NCBI RefSeq assembly: GCF_009914755.1
Contig: NC_060929.1
DNA length: 64,000 nucleotides
Origin: the human T2T-CHM13v2.0 reference genome, Homo sapiens
Strand: one strand, 5' to 3'
The notes beneath the pieces are model-generated. The model ran no database searches. It saw only the letters and a list, made by a program, of their open reading frames with translations, and was not told the origin of the DNA. Positions 1 to 17,180 of the stretch are shown here, one piece after another (within the stretch, counting starts at the first letter, position 1; each line of letters opens with the position of its first letter). A program made the translations under genes and the position numbers.

Positions 1-639
1 GCTGTTAAGTGGGGCTAATTAAACCCACCACAAAGCACTGTCATGAGGATTAATGAGATGATGTCTTTATTGGCTGGGCACGTGGCGAGCTCGCAGTGTT
101 GGCTCTTATTGATATGTTTTCAAACTAAAGCTTACTTTGGAGCCCAGTATAGAAAGCAGATAAAGGCCACTGTTTACAACGATCACTTTAGTAGTTAAAT
201 TCAACTACAATGCATTTACTTAAAGTCAATCAGTGAGAACTTGAAGATATCTACACAAACGAAAATGTTGAAATGAGCGATCATTGCAAACGTGAATAAG
301 TCTATGTACCCAACATACTTCTGTATTTTATTTTGGTTGCATAATGCTGAGGAAAATCCCAAATCTCACAATAAGCAGCTGCAAATGGTGATAACATTTT
401 TTTTCAGCCTAACTGGCAATCAGAGCTTCAAATAGACCCAGTTGGCCACAGAGACTTTCTTCTATGATCAAATGAAGGTAGCTCCCAAGTAGCAAGCTGG
501 TGGTCTCCAATGGTGGGCATATAACTCATCTTAATGTCATGTGAGCTGTTATTTATTGGTTTTCAAAATGTATTGGGAAAATAAAAAAGTGTCAGCCAAC
601 ACCATGGTCTGGAAGCTGCTGGGACTGGTGACCTGACTA

Positions 640-1215
<576 letters not shown>

Positions 1216-1317
1216 CTAGTGCCTGCAAATCAGCATCAGGCCACCCTGGGAGAGGCTAAGTGTGTGGGGAGGGGCAGGGAGAGGTGAAGGCCCAGATGTG
1301 GAGGGCTCCAAGGACTA

Positions 1318-1446
<129 letters not shown>

Positions 1447-2032
1447 TTAGCTCCTGGCCTACCAGGAAGCTGCACCGCTCCCCCAGCTGCCCCCCTCCCC
1501 CCACTCCCCTACCCCCGGCCGCTATCACCCTTCCTGCCCAGTGAGGGGAAAGAGCCACTCTCTTAGGTCAACCTAGACATTACTTAAACCACCTTGGACT
1601 CAGGATATTCCCTAAACACACTCCTGCAACCACAATACCTCCCTGTCTTTCCTGGTATCTCATCTAAGTCCTGCCTGCTTTCTGCCCCATCTTTAATCTC
1701 TGGAAAGTTTCTTCCCTCCCAAGGGAGCACGCTTCTCTGTACCTCCTCAGCTTCCCCAGCCAGACCAGGCCTGCTACTCAGCCTGTCCTCAATCCTTCCA
1801 CTTTTGCCACATAGGGATCCCGTCTCACAGGGTCACAGGATCATAGAACCTCAATGCTAGGCAGTTCCTGGGGGATGGTCTTGCTCTCATTGTACATAGT
1901 AGGAGATGGAGGGCCAGAGAAGGCAAGACACCAGCCCTAGGTCTCATAGCTAGTCATGGCAAGGCTGGGACCAGACCTCAGAGAGTCTTCCCACCCAACT
2001 TGAGTCCCCACACTGCCACATGAGGCCTCTCA

Positions 2033-2194
<162 letters not shown>

Positions 2195-3028
2195 TTAGTT
2201 ATCAGAGGGAGTCTCAGGCCCTGAGCCCCATTAGGTTCGTCCGTCTAGGACACATGGGGCAGGAGACCCTGAGGCCCAGAGAGGGGCAGGGGCATATTTG
2301 AAGTCACACAGCAAGTGCTCAACTGAGCCAAGGTCTTCATGGGCTCGGAGGGAACAGGGACCAAGGGGCCCCAGAGGAGGCTTCAGGACTTGGCAGACTG
2401 AGGAGCAACTGGCAGCTGAGGGCCTGGCTCATGAGAACCTCCTCTCTAGCTTCTCTCCCAGCCTTCGCTGCTCCTCAGATGGAAGTAGTAGAGCAGGTGA
2501 CCCCAGAAAGTGACACCAGGTAGGGTACTCGGCTGGATGCGGATGGCCCTCCCCAGTGCTGGGCAAGTCAGAAAGATGTAAGCTTAGAATGTTGACATCT
2601 TAAGGTGTTGGAACCACAGGACTGGAATTTTAGAAAGATGGGATCATGAGGTGCTGCAATCCTGATTCAGGAAGCTTAAAATGTTGGAATCACAGAATGG
2701 TAAAATCTCAAAGCAGAACACTGAAATTACAGACTAATAGGATCAGAATGCATTTCAGTAGAATCACAGGTTCTCCATGGGTGAGACCTGGAAGAATCCT
2801 GGAGCCCATGCAGTCCACCTCAAAGGTCCCATGCTCCATGGCTAGGATGAGAGGAATGGTGTCTCAGCAGGACCCGGGGACTTAATGACACAGTAGGGGA
2901 AGGGAATCCTGGATAGCTCGGGCCAGGCTCAGGTTGGCCCAGACTGCTGGGGGTGGAGGAAGCTGAGACAGCCAGCGTCACAAGTCCCCACCTGAGTTCC
3001 ATGCTGAGCCCTGCATGTGGCCAGATCA

Positions 3029-3280
<252 letters not shown>

Positions 3281-4149
3281 TCATAGATCCCTCCGTACAC
3301 ATCCTGTCCAGAATAGAAGCGCCCACCTCCCCATCAGCCTGCAGTGTCAGACCCTCAGCATCTCGCTCTAGGCCACACGTTCAGACTGTCCTGTAAATAC
3401 TCCATCCCCTCAGTAACTACCCCCACTCAGATCACTGCTGGCCTCCACGTCCCTTCAGCCCTGCCAGTCAGTCTGGCCTTGCTGCCAGAGCTCTGGACGG
3501 GGTGCAAATCCTGTTCTGAGTTCCTGTCCATTGCCTGGACCTCCCATTAGCCCTGGAGCCCCTGAGGGCTGGGTTGTGGCTTACCTCTCCTCTGAGTCCA
3601 CACCCTTGCTGGGGCTGCCACAGCTCGGTCAGACTCCAAGCTCCATGCCTGACCGAGTGGCCGGTGGACTGAGTGAGTGGCCACTGAGGGAGCAATGGCT
3701 GAGACCCCCAGCCTGATGAATCCAGACCTCAGCACGGAGGCCACTTCTCCCCACTTCACCCAAAGGGCCCAGTTGGGGTTGGAGTGGTGACGGTAGTTAA
3801 CAAAGTGGGGCTCACACTGGCCCTTACAAGCCTCGAGTCTCCTCCACCCTCAAGGCCTCAGCCTCTTCGCTGTACAGCTTCCCACTCTCCTCATCCAGCC
3901 CCGCCAGACCTGCCTCTCCCCTGCCCTGCCCTGCTGGCCACCCATGAGGTCCTATGGAACTCATTCCCTCCTCTTCTGTCCCCAATCTATGCTTCTTTGC
4001 TCCCTAGGGAGTCCTGTCCCACCTCCTCCTCCCCATCCATTGCTATAACCTCAGTCCCTAAAACCACACCTGGCACATGGTAGGTAGCTGGTACTATTTG
4101 TTGAATTACTAAGTGAATGCCATTGTTATGCTTAAAATCTTTGGATGGA

Positions 4150-4543
<394 letters not shown>

Positions 4544-5539
4544 CTACCTCTGCTTCCCTCTCCAACTTCGTCTCTCACCCCTTATCCATTCTCCCTTACC
4601 CTTACCTATCCTCGCCATGCCTTCCTCCTCAGGGTCCCAGACCAACATCCCTCTTCTCCTCCCTCCTCCCGCTCATCACACATCTCGGTCCTGGGAAGGA
4701 AGCCTGCATCTTCTAGGCAGCCATCGCTGGAGGCATGAAGGAGCCCTCTTGCAGCCATCCTAGGCCCTGTGTGCTGGTGCTCAGCTTCCCGCTCAGGCTT
4801 TAGTCACACAAAAGTGTCACATCTGCCTTGGCTCAGAGCTGGTCTTCCACTCAGGCTGTCCACACTGTCTGCCCAGATACCCACTTGCTCAGAGAATGTG
4901 TATGCATGTGTGGGAGCATGGGTGAAATGAGGGGATGAAAGAAGCCCACCCATCCACCACAGGGCAGGGGACAGGAGGCAGCTCTAGACAGGCACGTGCC
5001 TGAACATGCCCAGGGACCTGCATACACAGAGACCAAGATGCCTCACATGGCCTTTGGAGCCCTGCCTGCTCTAGATCTGCCGACCCCTGTAGCTCCATCC
5101 CATAGCACTTCCTTCCCCTTTATCTGCCACCCTTCCAGCCCCTAAGTATCCACACACTCGATCCTCCAGCCAGATTGAGTTGAACTCTTTTCATTTCTAG
5201 GAACTCATTTTGCCTCTGGGCTTTTACACAGGCCATTCCCTCTGAGTGGGACACCATTCCTTACCAGGCTAACTTCTAGTCATTTTTCAGGTTTTCACCT
5301 AAAGGTTCCTTTTCTAGAATACTTTCCTGAATCCCATAGCTGGGCATGGGACCCCTTCTCCCTCCAGGCTTTGCCCCTAATGTGGTGATCCCGGAGGGAA
5401 TTGCCAAGTTCCTTGTCTGCCTTCTCTCTCTGGACTATGGGTACTAGGAGGTCCAGGCAGGGCTGAGCCCTTTGACCTTTATACTTCAATGAGAAGTTGG
5501 GTCCTCATATTTATCGAATGAAGAAGAAAGGTGAATAAA

Positions 5540-6290
5540 TGAAGCACACTCATACAGGTGCATGTATGCATAAGGACGGGCAGCTAGATACACAAAAGCA
5601 TCAAGACACTGGTAGGCATTGTTCATACGCACAGAAATTACACGTGTATGTGTACCTGCTAACAGATGTACATTGTACAGCAGGCACATGTGTACGGGAA
5701 TTATGCTTGTACACTTTTCTAGAAAGGTGTGCTCCAATTATATGCTTACAGACATGCACTATGCCAGTTTGCATGCATGCAAAGGAATTGTACATGCATT
5801 GCTTGTACACATGTACAGGAATTGTGTACCCACCGGTACATGCATACAGACATACACTGTGGGGTTTAAACAGATGTCTGGGAATTAGGCATGCTCATGT
5901 ACATGGCTTACAAACACGTGGTGGGTTTACATACATGGACAGGCATAGTGCACAGGTGTATGCTTATACACATACACTCTAGCTTTACAGGAGTGACTGG
6001 AGATTGGGCATTCTTCAGTAGACGATTTACATATCTACACACAGAGGATTTGCACCTATGTTCAAGGAACAGGCATGCTCATGTACATGGCTTACGACAT
6101 ACATATAGTATATGTACACCACACTGAAGGATATTCATATCCATGGCTTACAGACTTGTGTTTGTACACGTGTGTACCCATATTGTGTTTGCCAGAATGT
6201 GTTCCTATGCATGTACACAACAGGGTTTCACAATGCTCCTGTTTGCCCCTGGGCATGCTAACTCCTTTGGCCTGCTGTGGGTACATGGGC
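5540..6290. repeat. Degenerate alternating purine-pyrimidine (CA/TG/TA) low-complexity region
   Basis: Dense ACATGT, TGTACA, ATGCAT and CACGTG words; exact 25-nt internal repeat at 5887-5911 and 6071-6095. Confidence 0.7.
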
Positions 6291-6303
6291 ACATTACCAA
6301 TTA

Positions 6304-6723
<420 letters not shown>

Positions 6724-7140
6724 TCAGCAGGGGGTGCTCCCATCCCAGAACTGACAACGTGGATTGCAAAATCCATTCTTATTTGACCCACGGGGTCACA
6801 CGGCGTATGGGGTAGAGGCAGAACCTGCACTGAATCCTGCCTCTGTCCACTGCATTAGAATCGACCTGGCCAGGAGTGCAGAACTGATCTACAGGGCGGG
6901 TGAGGTCTCTGGGGCTCAGACCCTGCACTTTGCTAGGCCAAACTGCCCAGGGGTAAAGGTAAGGAAAAGGGACCATTTAGGTCATACAGAGTAGGACCAA
7001 GGAGGTGGTGACCTGGCCTCCTAGGATGCAACTCTATGCCCGGAACAATATGCCAAGAAGAACGGGCGGGACTAGATAACCTTCACGAGCTTTTTCTAGC
7101 CAGCTGGGGACACTGGGAGACTGAGGCCCAGGTCTGCTCA

Positions 7141-7302
<162 letters not shown>

Positions 7303-7729
7303 TCAGGACAGTTAACAGGACAGGTCCTCAGGGGAGGACCTGGCCCAGAGACTCTCTTGGGGGAGGAGGGCTGTAGACTGCAGGTGAACATTAAATACCA
7401 GGAATCAGTGTGAAAACCGATGGGTTCCCTTCTGGGTACTTCAAAGGGAACGCCTCAGCAGGGTGCTAGTCTGTCTTTAACACCTCTCTGAGACTTGCTA
7501 ATCTTCCCTTTTAACAAAGGGAGGCTAGGCCTCAAGCTCAGAACCCTGGGCCACCAAGCTCATGAAGCCAGCATTTAATAGCATTGTTTGGTCTTCTCTG
7601 AGTTTATTTTAGTGGTTGCTTTATATTTATGACATGTGATGCCGATTTTCCACCTACAATAGAGAGGTTACATTTTGTCTTTCAAAATAAATTTGTTTTT
7701 AGAAAGTCAATTAACAAAACATTAAGTCA

Positions 7730-8285
7730 TTATCATGTCATTTCTCTGCTCAAAACCCTGCCATGGCTCTTCATTTCGGTCATAGTAAAAGCCAAAGTCT
7801 GCACCAGGCCCACAAAGACCTATGCGATTTGCCCTTCTCCCAGCCCCCACTGCCCTATCCCCGTTCTGACTTCATCTCCCACCACTCTCCCCAACAGCCC
7901 TGTTCCAACCACACAAGCCTTTCAGTGATTGCTCTGGCCTTTGCACTGCCCGAGGTACCCTTTCCCCAAATATCCACTAAGCTAATGTCCTCACCTTCTT
8001 CAGGTCTTCATGCAAATGTCACTTCCTCAGCCCTGATCACTGTATCAAAAATGCAACTCACACCATCACTCTGTGCCCAGCACTCTCAACCTTCCCTACC
8101 CGGCCCCTGTTTTTCCTCTCCCGCAGTGTTAGTTACCTTCTAACCTATGTAATTTGCTGGGGTTTTCCTCCCTACTGTTAGTGTTTGTCTTCCCCTACTT
8201 GGATGCAAGCTGCACAAAGGCAGGGAGGGAAGTTCAAGAACCTTGAAGAGACAGGCATATGGTAGTTGCTCAATAAATACCTATC
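7730..8285 (-). mobile_element. L2 (LINE2) 3' fragment
   Basis: Typical L2 words: tcatgtcatttctctgctcaaaaccctgccatggct, ggcctttgcactg, tagttgctcaataaata. Recognised by eye. Confidence 0.65.
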
Positions 8286-8291
8286 GAGTTA

Positions 8292-8720
<429 letters not shown>

Positions 8721-9351
8721 TCAGAGTCGGAAGGACTCTTACAGTTCTCCCCACCCTCCTGGTATAAAGAGGAACAAGGCCCAGGGAGGGGAAGGGCTTG
8801 CCAAGGTCATCTCGGCATTGGTAGCAGAGCCGGGACTCAAACCAGGTCTCGTAAATCCTCACCCACAGGCAGTTCCCCTAGGCCAAGAGGGAGGGTTGAG
8901 ATGAACTGTGGGTGGGGGTGGGGAGCATTGAAGGAAAGTCCTATTTCTCTCCCCTTCAGAAAGGTGGACACTGCTCCATCCTAACCTACCACAGTCTCTG
9001 TCAGCCAGCAAATCTCCAGCCTCAGGGATACCACAGGCCATGAGTGGCCTGCCTGGCACCCTCTTCCCCAGTCATCTGCCCGTTTACTTCTTGGCTGCTA
9101 CTGCTGGCCCCACCCATCACAAGGACAACTAAACATCTGGGTGATCATCTGACCGGCGACTGTTTCCTCCACTAGACTAGAAACTCTAGGAGGGATGAAC
9201 TGTCAGCTCTGGTCGCTGCAGCATCCCCAGCACCTGGCACCTAATATGCTCTCAGAAAGCTGGGCCTAGGTTTGTGGCTGAAAGCCGAGGGCTGCCTGGC
9301 GGCTGCAAAGAAAAATAACTTCAAGAATGGGATGGGAGAGCGAGCTGCTCA

Positions 9352-9561
<210 letters not shown>

Positions 9562-10188
9562 TCAGGGGCGGGGCCCTGGGGGCAGGGCACCAACTGAATC
9601 CCAAAGGAGGCCAGCCTGTGGGGTGGGGCTTCAGGCCTGGGGACCGTGCCGGCCATGGAGTTTCCGGAGCTGAGGGTGAAATTGGGCTGGGGACAGGGCC
9701 TGGAGAAGGGGCCGAATCTGGGGCTAATATGGATGCTGGGGCCAGCTCCCAGGTTGGGAACAGAGTTGTACTAACAGTTCTCTGTTCTGGGTCAGTACTG
9801 TGGCTGATGCTGGGACTAGTGATAAGGTTGAATTTGGGGATGGGGCTTCCCGGACCTGGGATGGCAGTTGGGCTTGGAAGTCAGGTTGGGGCTGGGGCTC
9901 TGGCTAGTCAGAAAGTCTAGGTTGAGATAGGGTTGGATTTGGGGCTGACACTACATTTTGGTTTGGGGTTTATCCTGGAATTGGGGTTTTGGTTGGCACA
10001 GAGGCTAGCTAGGGCTGCACTGGAGTGTGGCTGACTATACCCCGGGGCTGTGACAGGCACTGGGTCCAGCTCAGCCCTGATCACTGTATCAAAAATGCAA
10101 CTCTCACCATCACTCTGCACCCAGCAAAGTGGGTGAGGGTGGGGAGCGTTGAAGGAATTGGGGATTGGGCTGAGCCCAAGGCACACAC

Positions 10189-10363
10189 CAACCACGGTGA
10201 TGTTGATGGCCTTTTCATCCTGATGGTCATTCACACTCTCCGTCACATTGCAGGTGTAGGTCCCCGAGTCTTCTAACTCGGCACTGGGGATGTGCAGGAT
10301 GGAGCGGATGTGGTAAGGCATATCCAAGAGGAAGTCAGTCACCGGCTCCACCAGCCGCCCACT
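10189..10363 (-). CDS. PDGFRB: PDGFRB exon 6 (aa 254-312; Ig3)
   Basis: Encodes [40 protein letters not shown]...AINITVV; gcag| and G|gtgtgt; 175 nt. Confidence 0.97.
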
Positions 10364-10483
10364 CTGCAGCAACAGGTTGGGCAGGCCCCCCAAATCAGGA
10401 GGGGCCGGGGAGAAATCAGCCTGCAAGCCAGATATCCACCCGTTCCTGGCCCCTCCTCCGACCCCTGCCTGGCCCCACATTAC

Positions 10484-10611
10484 TTCTTTGCGGGGGTATG
10501 TCCACTCGAAGTTGACCACCTCATTCCCGATCACAATGCACATGAGGGTGATGTTCTCACCCTGGCGGACCACAGTCTGCACTGCGTTCACAGAGACGTT
10601 GATGGATGACA
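10484..10611 (-). CDS. PDGFRB: PDGFRB exon 5 (aa ~211-253; Ig3)
   Basis: Encodes [42 protein letters not shown]; ccag| and GAA|gtaatg; 128 nt. Confidence 0.97.
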
Positions 10612-10724
10612 CTGGTAGAGAGAGATTGGCTTAGGTCTGGGGAAGTCACCACCAGCCACTAGCACTTCAGCTTGGGGATAGGGTAGGGGGCTAGAGAGGG
10701 AAAGGATGACTGATGTAGAAGATT

Positions 10725-11290
10725 CATTCATTCAACAAATATTTACTGAATACCTACTACATGCCAAGTACTATTCTGGACACTGGAGCAACAGTAGTGA
10801 ACAAAGTGGACAAAATCTCTGTTCTTATGGAGCTGACGTTCTAGAAGGGATAACAGTCTGGAAATCAAAGTACCCTCTGGAGATCTATGTACAGGAGAAA
10901 TGTATTGAGCACATAACATGTGCCAGGTACTCTCCATCTTTTATTTAATCTTCACAATTGATCCTATGAGGTAGGCAGCCATTGTTATCCCCACGTTACA
11001 AGAGGGGAAGCAGGCTCAGAGAGATTATGTGCTTTGTGTAAAGTCACTCAGACAGGAAATAGCAAAGCTGGGATTTCGACCCAGCTGGCTCTGAAGCTTG
11101 TGCCCTCACCGACCATGTTGCACAGGCCAGCTCTGCCACTATCGAATTCTGCGACAGGGGACAAGCTCCATCCTCTCTCTGCGCCTGAGTTTCCCTCTTC
11201 TGTAACATGGGGAAAACACTATCTTCCTTCGAAGGCTGTGGTGAGAATCCACTGGGAAGTGGAGTCCCACACTTTGTAAACTGTAAAGGG
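10725..11290. mobile_element. L2 end and two MIR fragments in PDGFRB intron 4
   Basis: attcattcattcaacaaatatttactgaatacctactacatgcca (L2/MIR tail), ggggaagcaggctcagagag (MIR core), and an opposite-orientation cctgagtttccctcttctgtaacatggg. Confidence 0.6.
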
Positions 11291-11311
11291 CTATTCCTCT
11301 GTGGAGGGTTA

Positions 11312-11725
<414 letters not shown>

Positions 11726-12068
11726 TTACAGAATAGGGATGCTCCCAGAAGAGCATAAATCAAATGTTAGAGCTGGTCCCTTCCAGCTCTAATGTTTGAT
11801 ATTGACAGTGCCAGGGTAAGAAAGAAGGCAAGTCACAAGTTGAAATGCAGCTGATATCTGGAGCTTGGAGAATGGGGAAGAAGGGATGTGGGGTCAAGAG
11901 GGAGCAGATTGGAAGCAGCTGAGAATATAGAGTTCTTGGGAGGCAGGAATAGGGTGACTGGCAGGGAGCAGGCAGATCACCCAGACCAAGGAGTGGGGGC
12001 GAACACACTCCCCGACTGAGCCAGGCTGGTTCCATGATTGTCTGCTTTTCTAGGATGGCTGCATTTCA

Positions 12069-12521
<453 letters not shown>

Positions 12522-13610
12522 TCAGCACCTCTCCCAAGGCTGAGCCTGCGAGGAGGCCACGTATGCACAGCCCTCAGGTCCTTGAGGAGCACAGCTCCTT
12601 TATCCGACAGACTGGGGCTCTCCAGCCATGGCTCTGAGGACCGCTCGCCCAGCTCCAAGGCCCCAGGGATTCCTCTGGACTGCCTCTGTCAGTCCCGTTA
12701 GACCCCAGCCTCTGAGTCCTTCAGCAGTGCCATGTGTAGGCAGTAGGCACCAGAAGGGGCCAGGAAATCCTCGGGAAGCAATTCCCTGGCCTCCAGTTCC
12801 TGCATTGCTTCCCAGGTCACTTTCTGAGCCTCTTCCCTACAGCTCTCTGCCCCCTCCCCCGACTGCCCAGGTTCTGCCCAAGGCCCAGAGGTGGCTCTGG
12901 GTGGGAGAGAGATGGGAGGGAGGGGCTTAGGTAGCTCAGAGGGGGGCCAGAAAAGATGCTGAGGCCCTTTTGGGCTGGAGGGAACTGGGGTTGGGGGTGT
13001 GTGTGTGTCAAGTGATTGGTCCCCCTCCACGACATCCCCTGGAGAAGGATTTTTCAGGCCACGCCCTCCATGCCCCCTGGTGATACAGATCAGGAGGGGA
13101 GGTGGGCGGTCAGGCAGCCAGTCCATCTTATGGCCAGCTGCCGGGCAGGCTGCTGGCTGGTCATTAATTGCTGGGTCAGTCGCTCAGCCCCTGCAGAGCT
13201 GAAGACATGTTAACGGGCAGGAGTGAGGGGTGGGGTGTGCTGAGAAGCCCAGCAGGGACCTGGAAGCTCCCAGCCAATGAGGGGTCCAAGCCGAGTGCCA
13301 CAGATCCACCAGACCGAGGATAGGAGGCCAGGGGTGTGGGCCAGAAGGTGGGATGGGGTCTGGAGGGCCAATCAAAGGATTTGAGCTGATGGTTCTGGAC
13401 AAGCAGGGGCCCACTGACGCTTTCTGAGCTGAAGGGCTGGCAGCTGGAGGCCTCCACAGAGCCCACTGGAAATCCTGAAAACTAAAGCTGAAGGGCAGGG
13501 CAGTGTGCCTGGTGCTTCACGCCCTGCCACCAGCACACATCACCCCTGCCAGCTCCAGGGTTCCACTCCGCAGCCCCCCGGGTCCCCTACCTTATCTCCC
13601 ATCTACCCAC

Positions 13611-13650
13611 CTTTGAGGGCCAGAGCTGGCATCGCACCCGGAAGCCGCAT
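13611..13650 (-). CDS. PDGFRB: PDGFRB exon 2 coding part (exon 13611-13656; start codon)
   Basis: gcag|GACACC ATG CGG CTT CCG GGT GCG ATG CCA GCT CTG GCC CTC AAA G|gtgggt = MRLPGAMPALALK, with A at -3. Confidence 0.97.
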
Positions 13651-14547
13651 GGTGTCCTGCAGAGTTAAACAGGAGTCAGGGCCCAGGGCAGGTGGAGGCA
13701 GCGACAGGGGCTATCTCACCACCTGGCTCCTGCAGAATGAGCCCCAGCTTGGGCCACCCAGCCTTCATGTCCGAGGGGCTGAAGTCAAAAGCCACCACGT
13801 CCCAAGCCTGAAAGGGCACTCATGACCACAGGCTGTCTCCTCTCCATCCCGGACTTAGCCTTGGGGTCCTGGCCTTTGCTTTGGCTCTGCTTGTGACTCT
13901 CACGTGGCCTCGGCTGCGTCCCCAGACTCTCTCTGTGCCTTAGTTTCCCTGTCTGTACAGTGAGGGAGGGGAAGTTGGGCTGGATGGTATCCAGTAGCCT
14001 ACCAGCTCTGACAGCCTGTCCTCCGGGTGACAGTTCCAATACCAGGCTCTTATCTGCCAGGACAAATATTTGGGAAAGTGTGATGAAAGGGATGGGAGGA
14101 GGAGGGGGGAGGCCAGAACCCAGAGAACTCCCGCAGCTCCACAAGCACAACAGGAAATGGAGGAGGCTGTGGGCTGTGGGAAGGGAAGCCGGGGAGCCGG
14201 GGCTGTGGAATGTGGGAGGTGGGCCTGGACACCTTTACTCAGCCCAGAGCATACAGGGAGGCCCAGGGGACAGCGGCTAGGGGCTGGGCCCAGGAGAGGT
14301 CCCATCGAGCAGCCAGGCCTCACAGGTCCTTGGAGACCAGTGAAGCCAGGCTCCCCCCACCCCCACCCCCAGGGTGCAGATGGGGAAACTGAGGCTCTGA
14401 GAAGGTGAGAAGTTTACCCAAGATTCCACAGCAGAGCCTGTCTGAGAGGGAGACAGAGAGAAAGAGACCTGGAATGATAGAAGTAGAAAGAGACAAAGAC
14501 ACAGAGACAGAGAGGAGGTGCCCAGAGAGACAGCACCAGAGGCACTA

Positions 14548-14652
14548 AGAGACAGAAGCAAGGACAAAGACAGAGACAGAAGCAAGGACAAAGACAGAGA
14601 CAGAAGCAAGGACAAAGACAGAGACAGAAGCAAGGACAAAGACAGAGACAGA
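14548..14652. repeat. Perfect 24-bp minisatellite (AGAGACAGAAGCAAGGACAAAGAC), ~4.4 copies
   Basis: Four identical units plus a partial, read directly; explains the RDRSKDKD, SLSLLL and CLCPCF ORFs. Confidence 0.95.
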
Positions 14653-16302
14653 CTGAATGGGGTGGCCCTTGCTCTCCTCTATCTTGGAAGACACACCTCA
14701 GGTCCCAAGAGACCACCAGGAGCCAAGTATGCCAAGAGTCTGCCTGCAGCATTGGCAGGAAGGACGCCAGAGGACAGGGGTCGCAGAGCATGAGCTTTGG
14801 GAGGTGACGGCATGATGAGGCAACAAGGAGCCTCCTCTGGCTGTGGGGCTGCCCAGCCTGGCCTGCCTCTGAAGGCCATGCCCAGCTTGCCCCTACCTCC
14901 CCATCTCACCCCTTTTAGTTTTCAGTTTAGGTCTGCAGACCGGGTTCAGGCCCCAGCATGCCACCTCTTGTGCCATCGCTCTCCCTGTGGCCTAAGTCCC
15001 CAGCTCTGGAAGTGGATGATGGTGAGTACCTCACCTACCAGGGCTGCATTCACATGTCAGGGGTGGGACATAGGCAAGGCTCCTCCCGCCTATGGACCCC
15101 CAATCTTAGCTCTTCCCAACACCCCAAGAAACAGTCTGAGCAAATCAGCTCTTCTCCTCCCTCCTCCCTTTCAGACTGCCTGCCTGAAGGTCTCCTCGTT
15201 TCTTCCTCTCCCCTCTCTGAACTGCTCCTGACTCAAAGCCCAGCCCTTCTGACGCCCCCTCCAGCCTCTGCTCCCCACCATTCCTCTGCCCCAGCCCCTC
15301 CAGCTGGATGCCAGGCCTCCTTGGTCAGGAGGGAGCAGCGCCAAGGCGGAGCCAGCAGCCCCCACAGAGGCCCATCTGCCCCTCCGTCGGTGCCCCTCTG
15401 GCTGCCCCCTTCCTGCTAGAGATCTCAGCCAAAGAAAATCATTAGCAGAGGCTGGGGGAGGGGGTCACTTCAGCTTCCCTGCCCCTCCTCTCCCAGTCTC
15501 CCTGGCTGGCCACACTGTTTATTATTCTAAAGGAGGAATTTGGCCGGCTGGCCAGGAGAAGGGAGGTCACTGCAGCGGGGCTGGCCTGGCTCTGGAAGGC
15601 TGGGCTGGCTATGTGGGCTGGGCCTTCATGGCATGCAGCCCCCGACCCTCCTCCCATGTGGCACTCCATCCTCTCCCCTTCAGGCTCTCTTCTGCTGGGC
15701 CTGGGGCTGGGGGTGGCTTAGAGACTCTGAGCTAGGAGGTATGCTTTTTGAATGGGCAGCAGAGGCCCAGAGAAGGACAGAAGCATGCCCCAGTCACACA
15801 GCAAAAAGGCAGATTCAAGCTGTGGGGAGAGGACAGGCAGGCAGTGTGGATGCCGTAGGGAGGTTGTAGGCACCCCAGGGATCTCGGACTGGCTTTACTA
15901 TGAATAGAGCAATCAGCTCCCCTCATAAGCACCCTGGGACCCACTGTGAGACTGAGCGAGTCTCCAGCCTCTCTGAACTCTGCGTCCCCATCCATATAGA
16001 GAGGTTGGCAGGTGTCATCTCAAAGAGCTGTCCCTATGGTGAAGCTCTGCCTTTCTGACAGGCCAAAGAGAAGATTCTAGTCACCACGAATCTTACCGGG
16101 GTGTTTTGAGGAGGTGGGGGCTAGTAAGCAGGAGGGGGCTACATTCCTGAGGCTAGAGTCACATAAGAATCCACCAGCCATCTCATTCCACGAAAGGAAT
16201 TTCCATGACTATTCAGCCACAGACTTGCTGTGCGGGCTTTGACAAGTTGTTTCCCTCTCTGGGCCTCAGTTTCCCCATCTATACAATTAAGAGTTAGACC
16301 AA

Positions 16303-16722
<420 letters not shown>

Positions 16723-17180
16723 TTAGGGCACCCAGACATGACTTCCCAGGCCATCCTGGATGACTCCCTGATACCCCACATTTTCCACCAAATGTGTTAG
16801 GCCTCTTTGTGCTTCCCAGAGGCTGTTCTGGTTCCAGCCAATCCCAGGGAGGCCCAGGCAGCTGACTTGGTGGTAGTGGGCTTGCCTGTGACAACTTCCC
16901 CTCTTTAGGAGGACTGTACTCTAGGGAAGGGCCACCTAGGACAAGCTGGATGTCACAGTCAGAGAGCAGGCACTCCCCCTATCTGCTGTACTCTCCTGCC
17001 CAGGGAGGCCTCTAGAGCAGAGAGAGGGAGGGCACCCCTAGGTGTCCCCCTTTTGCCCATGAAGAGAGTGCTATGTGCCAGGAACCCCTCCTGATTCCTC
17101 CTATTCTGGCCAGGTTGTAGGCTCAGAGGCCCAAAGTGGAGATCATGCCCAGCTCCTCACGTGACTCAGAGGGACCCCTT

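Noticed and set aside
100-620. AT-rich segment, possibly an old hAT/Charlie fragment
   Set aside because: I could not identify termini or family with confidence.
14277-14793. Repetitive ORFs (RDRSKDKD, SLSLLL, CLCPCF) resembling RS-domain or Cys-rich proteins
   Set aside because: Artefacts of the stop-free 24-bp minisatellite.
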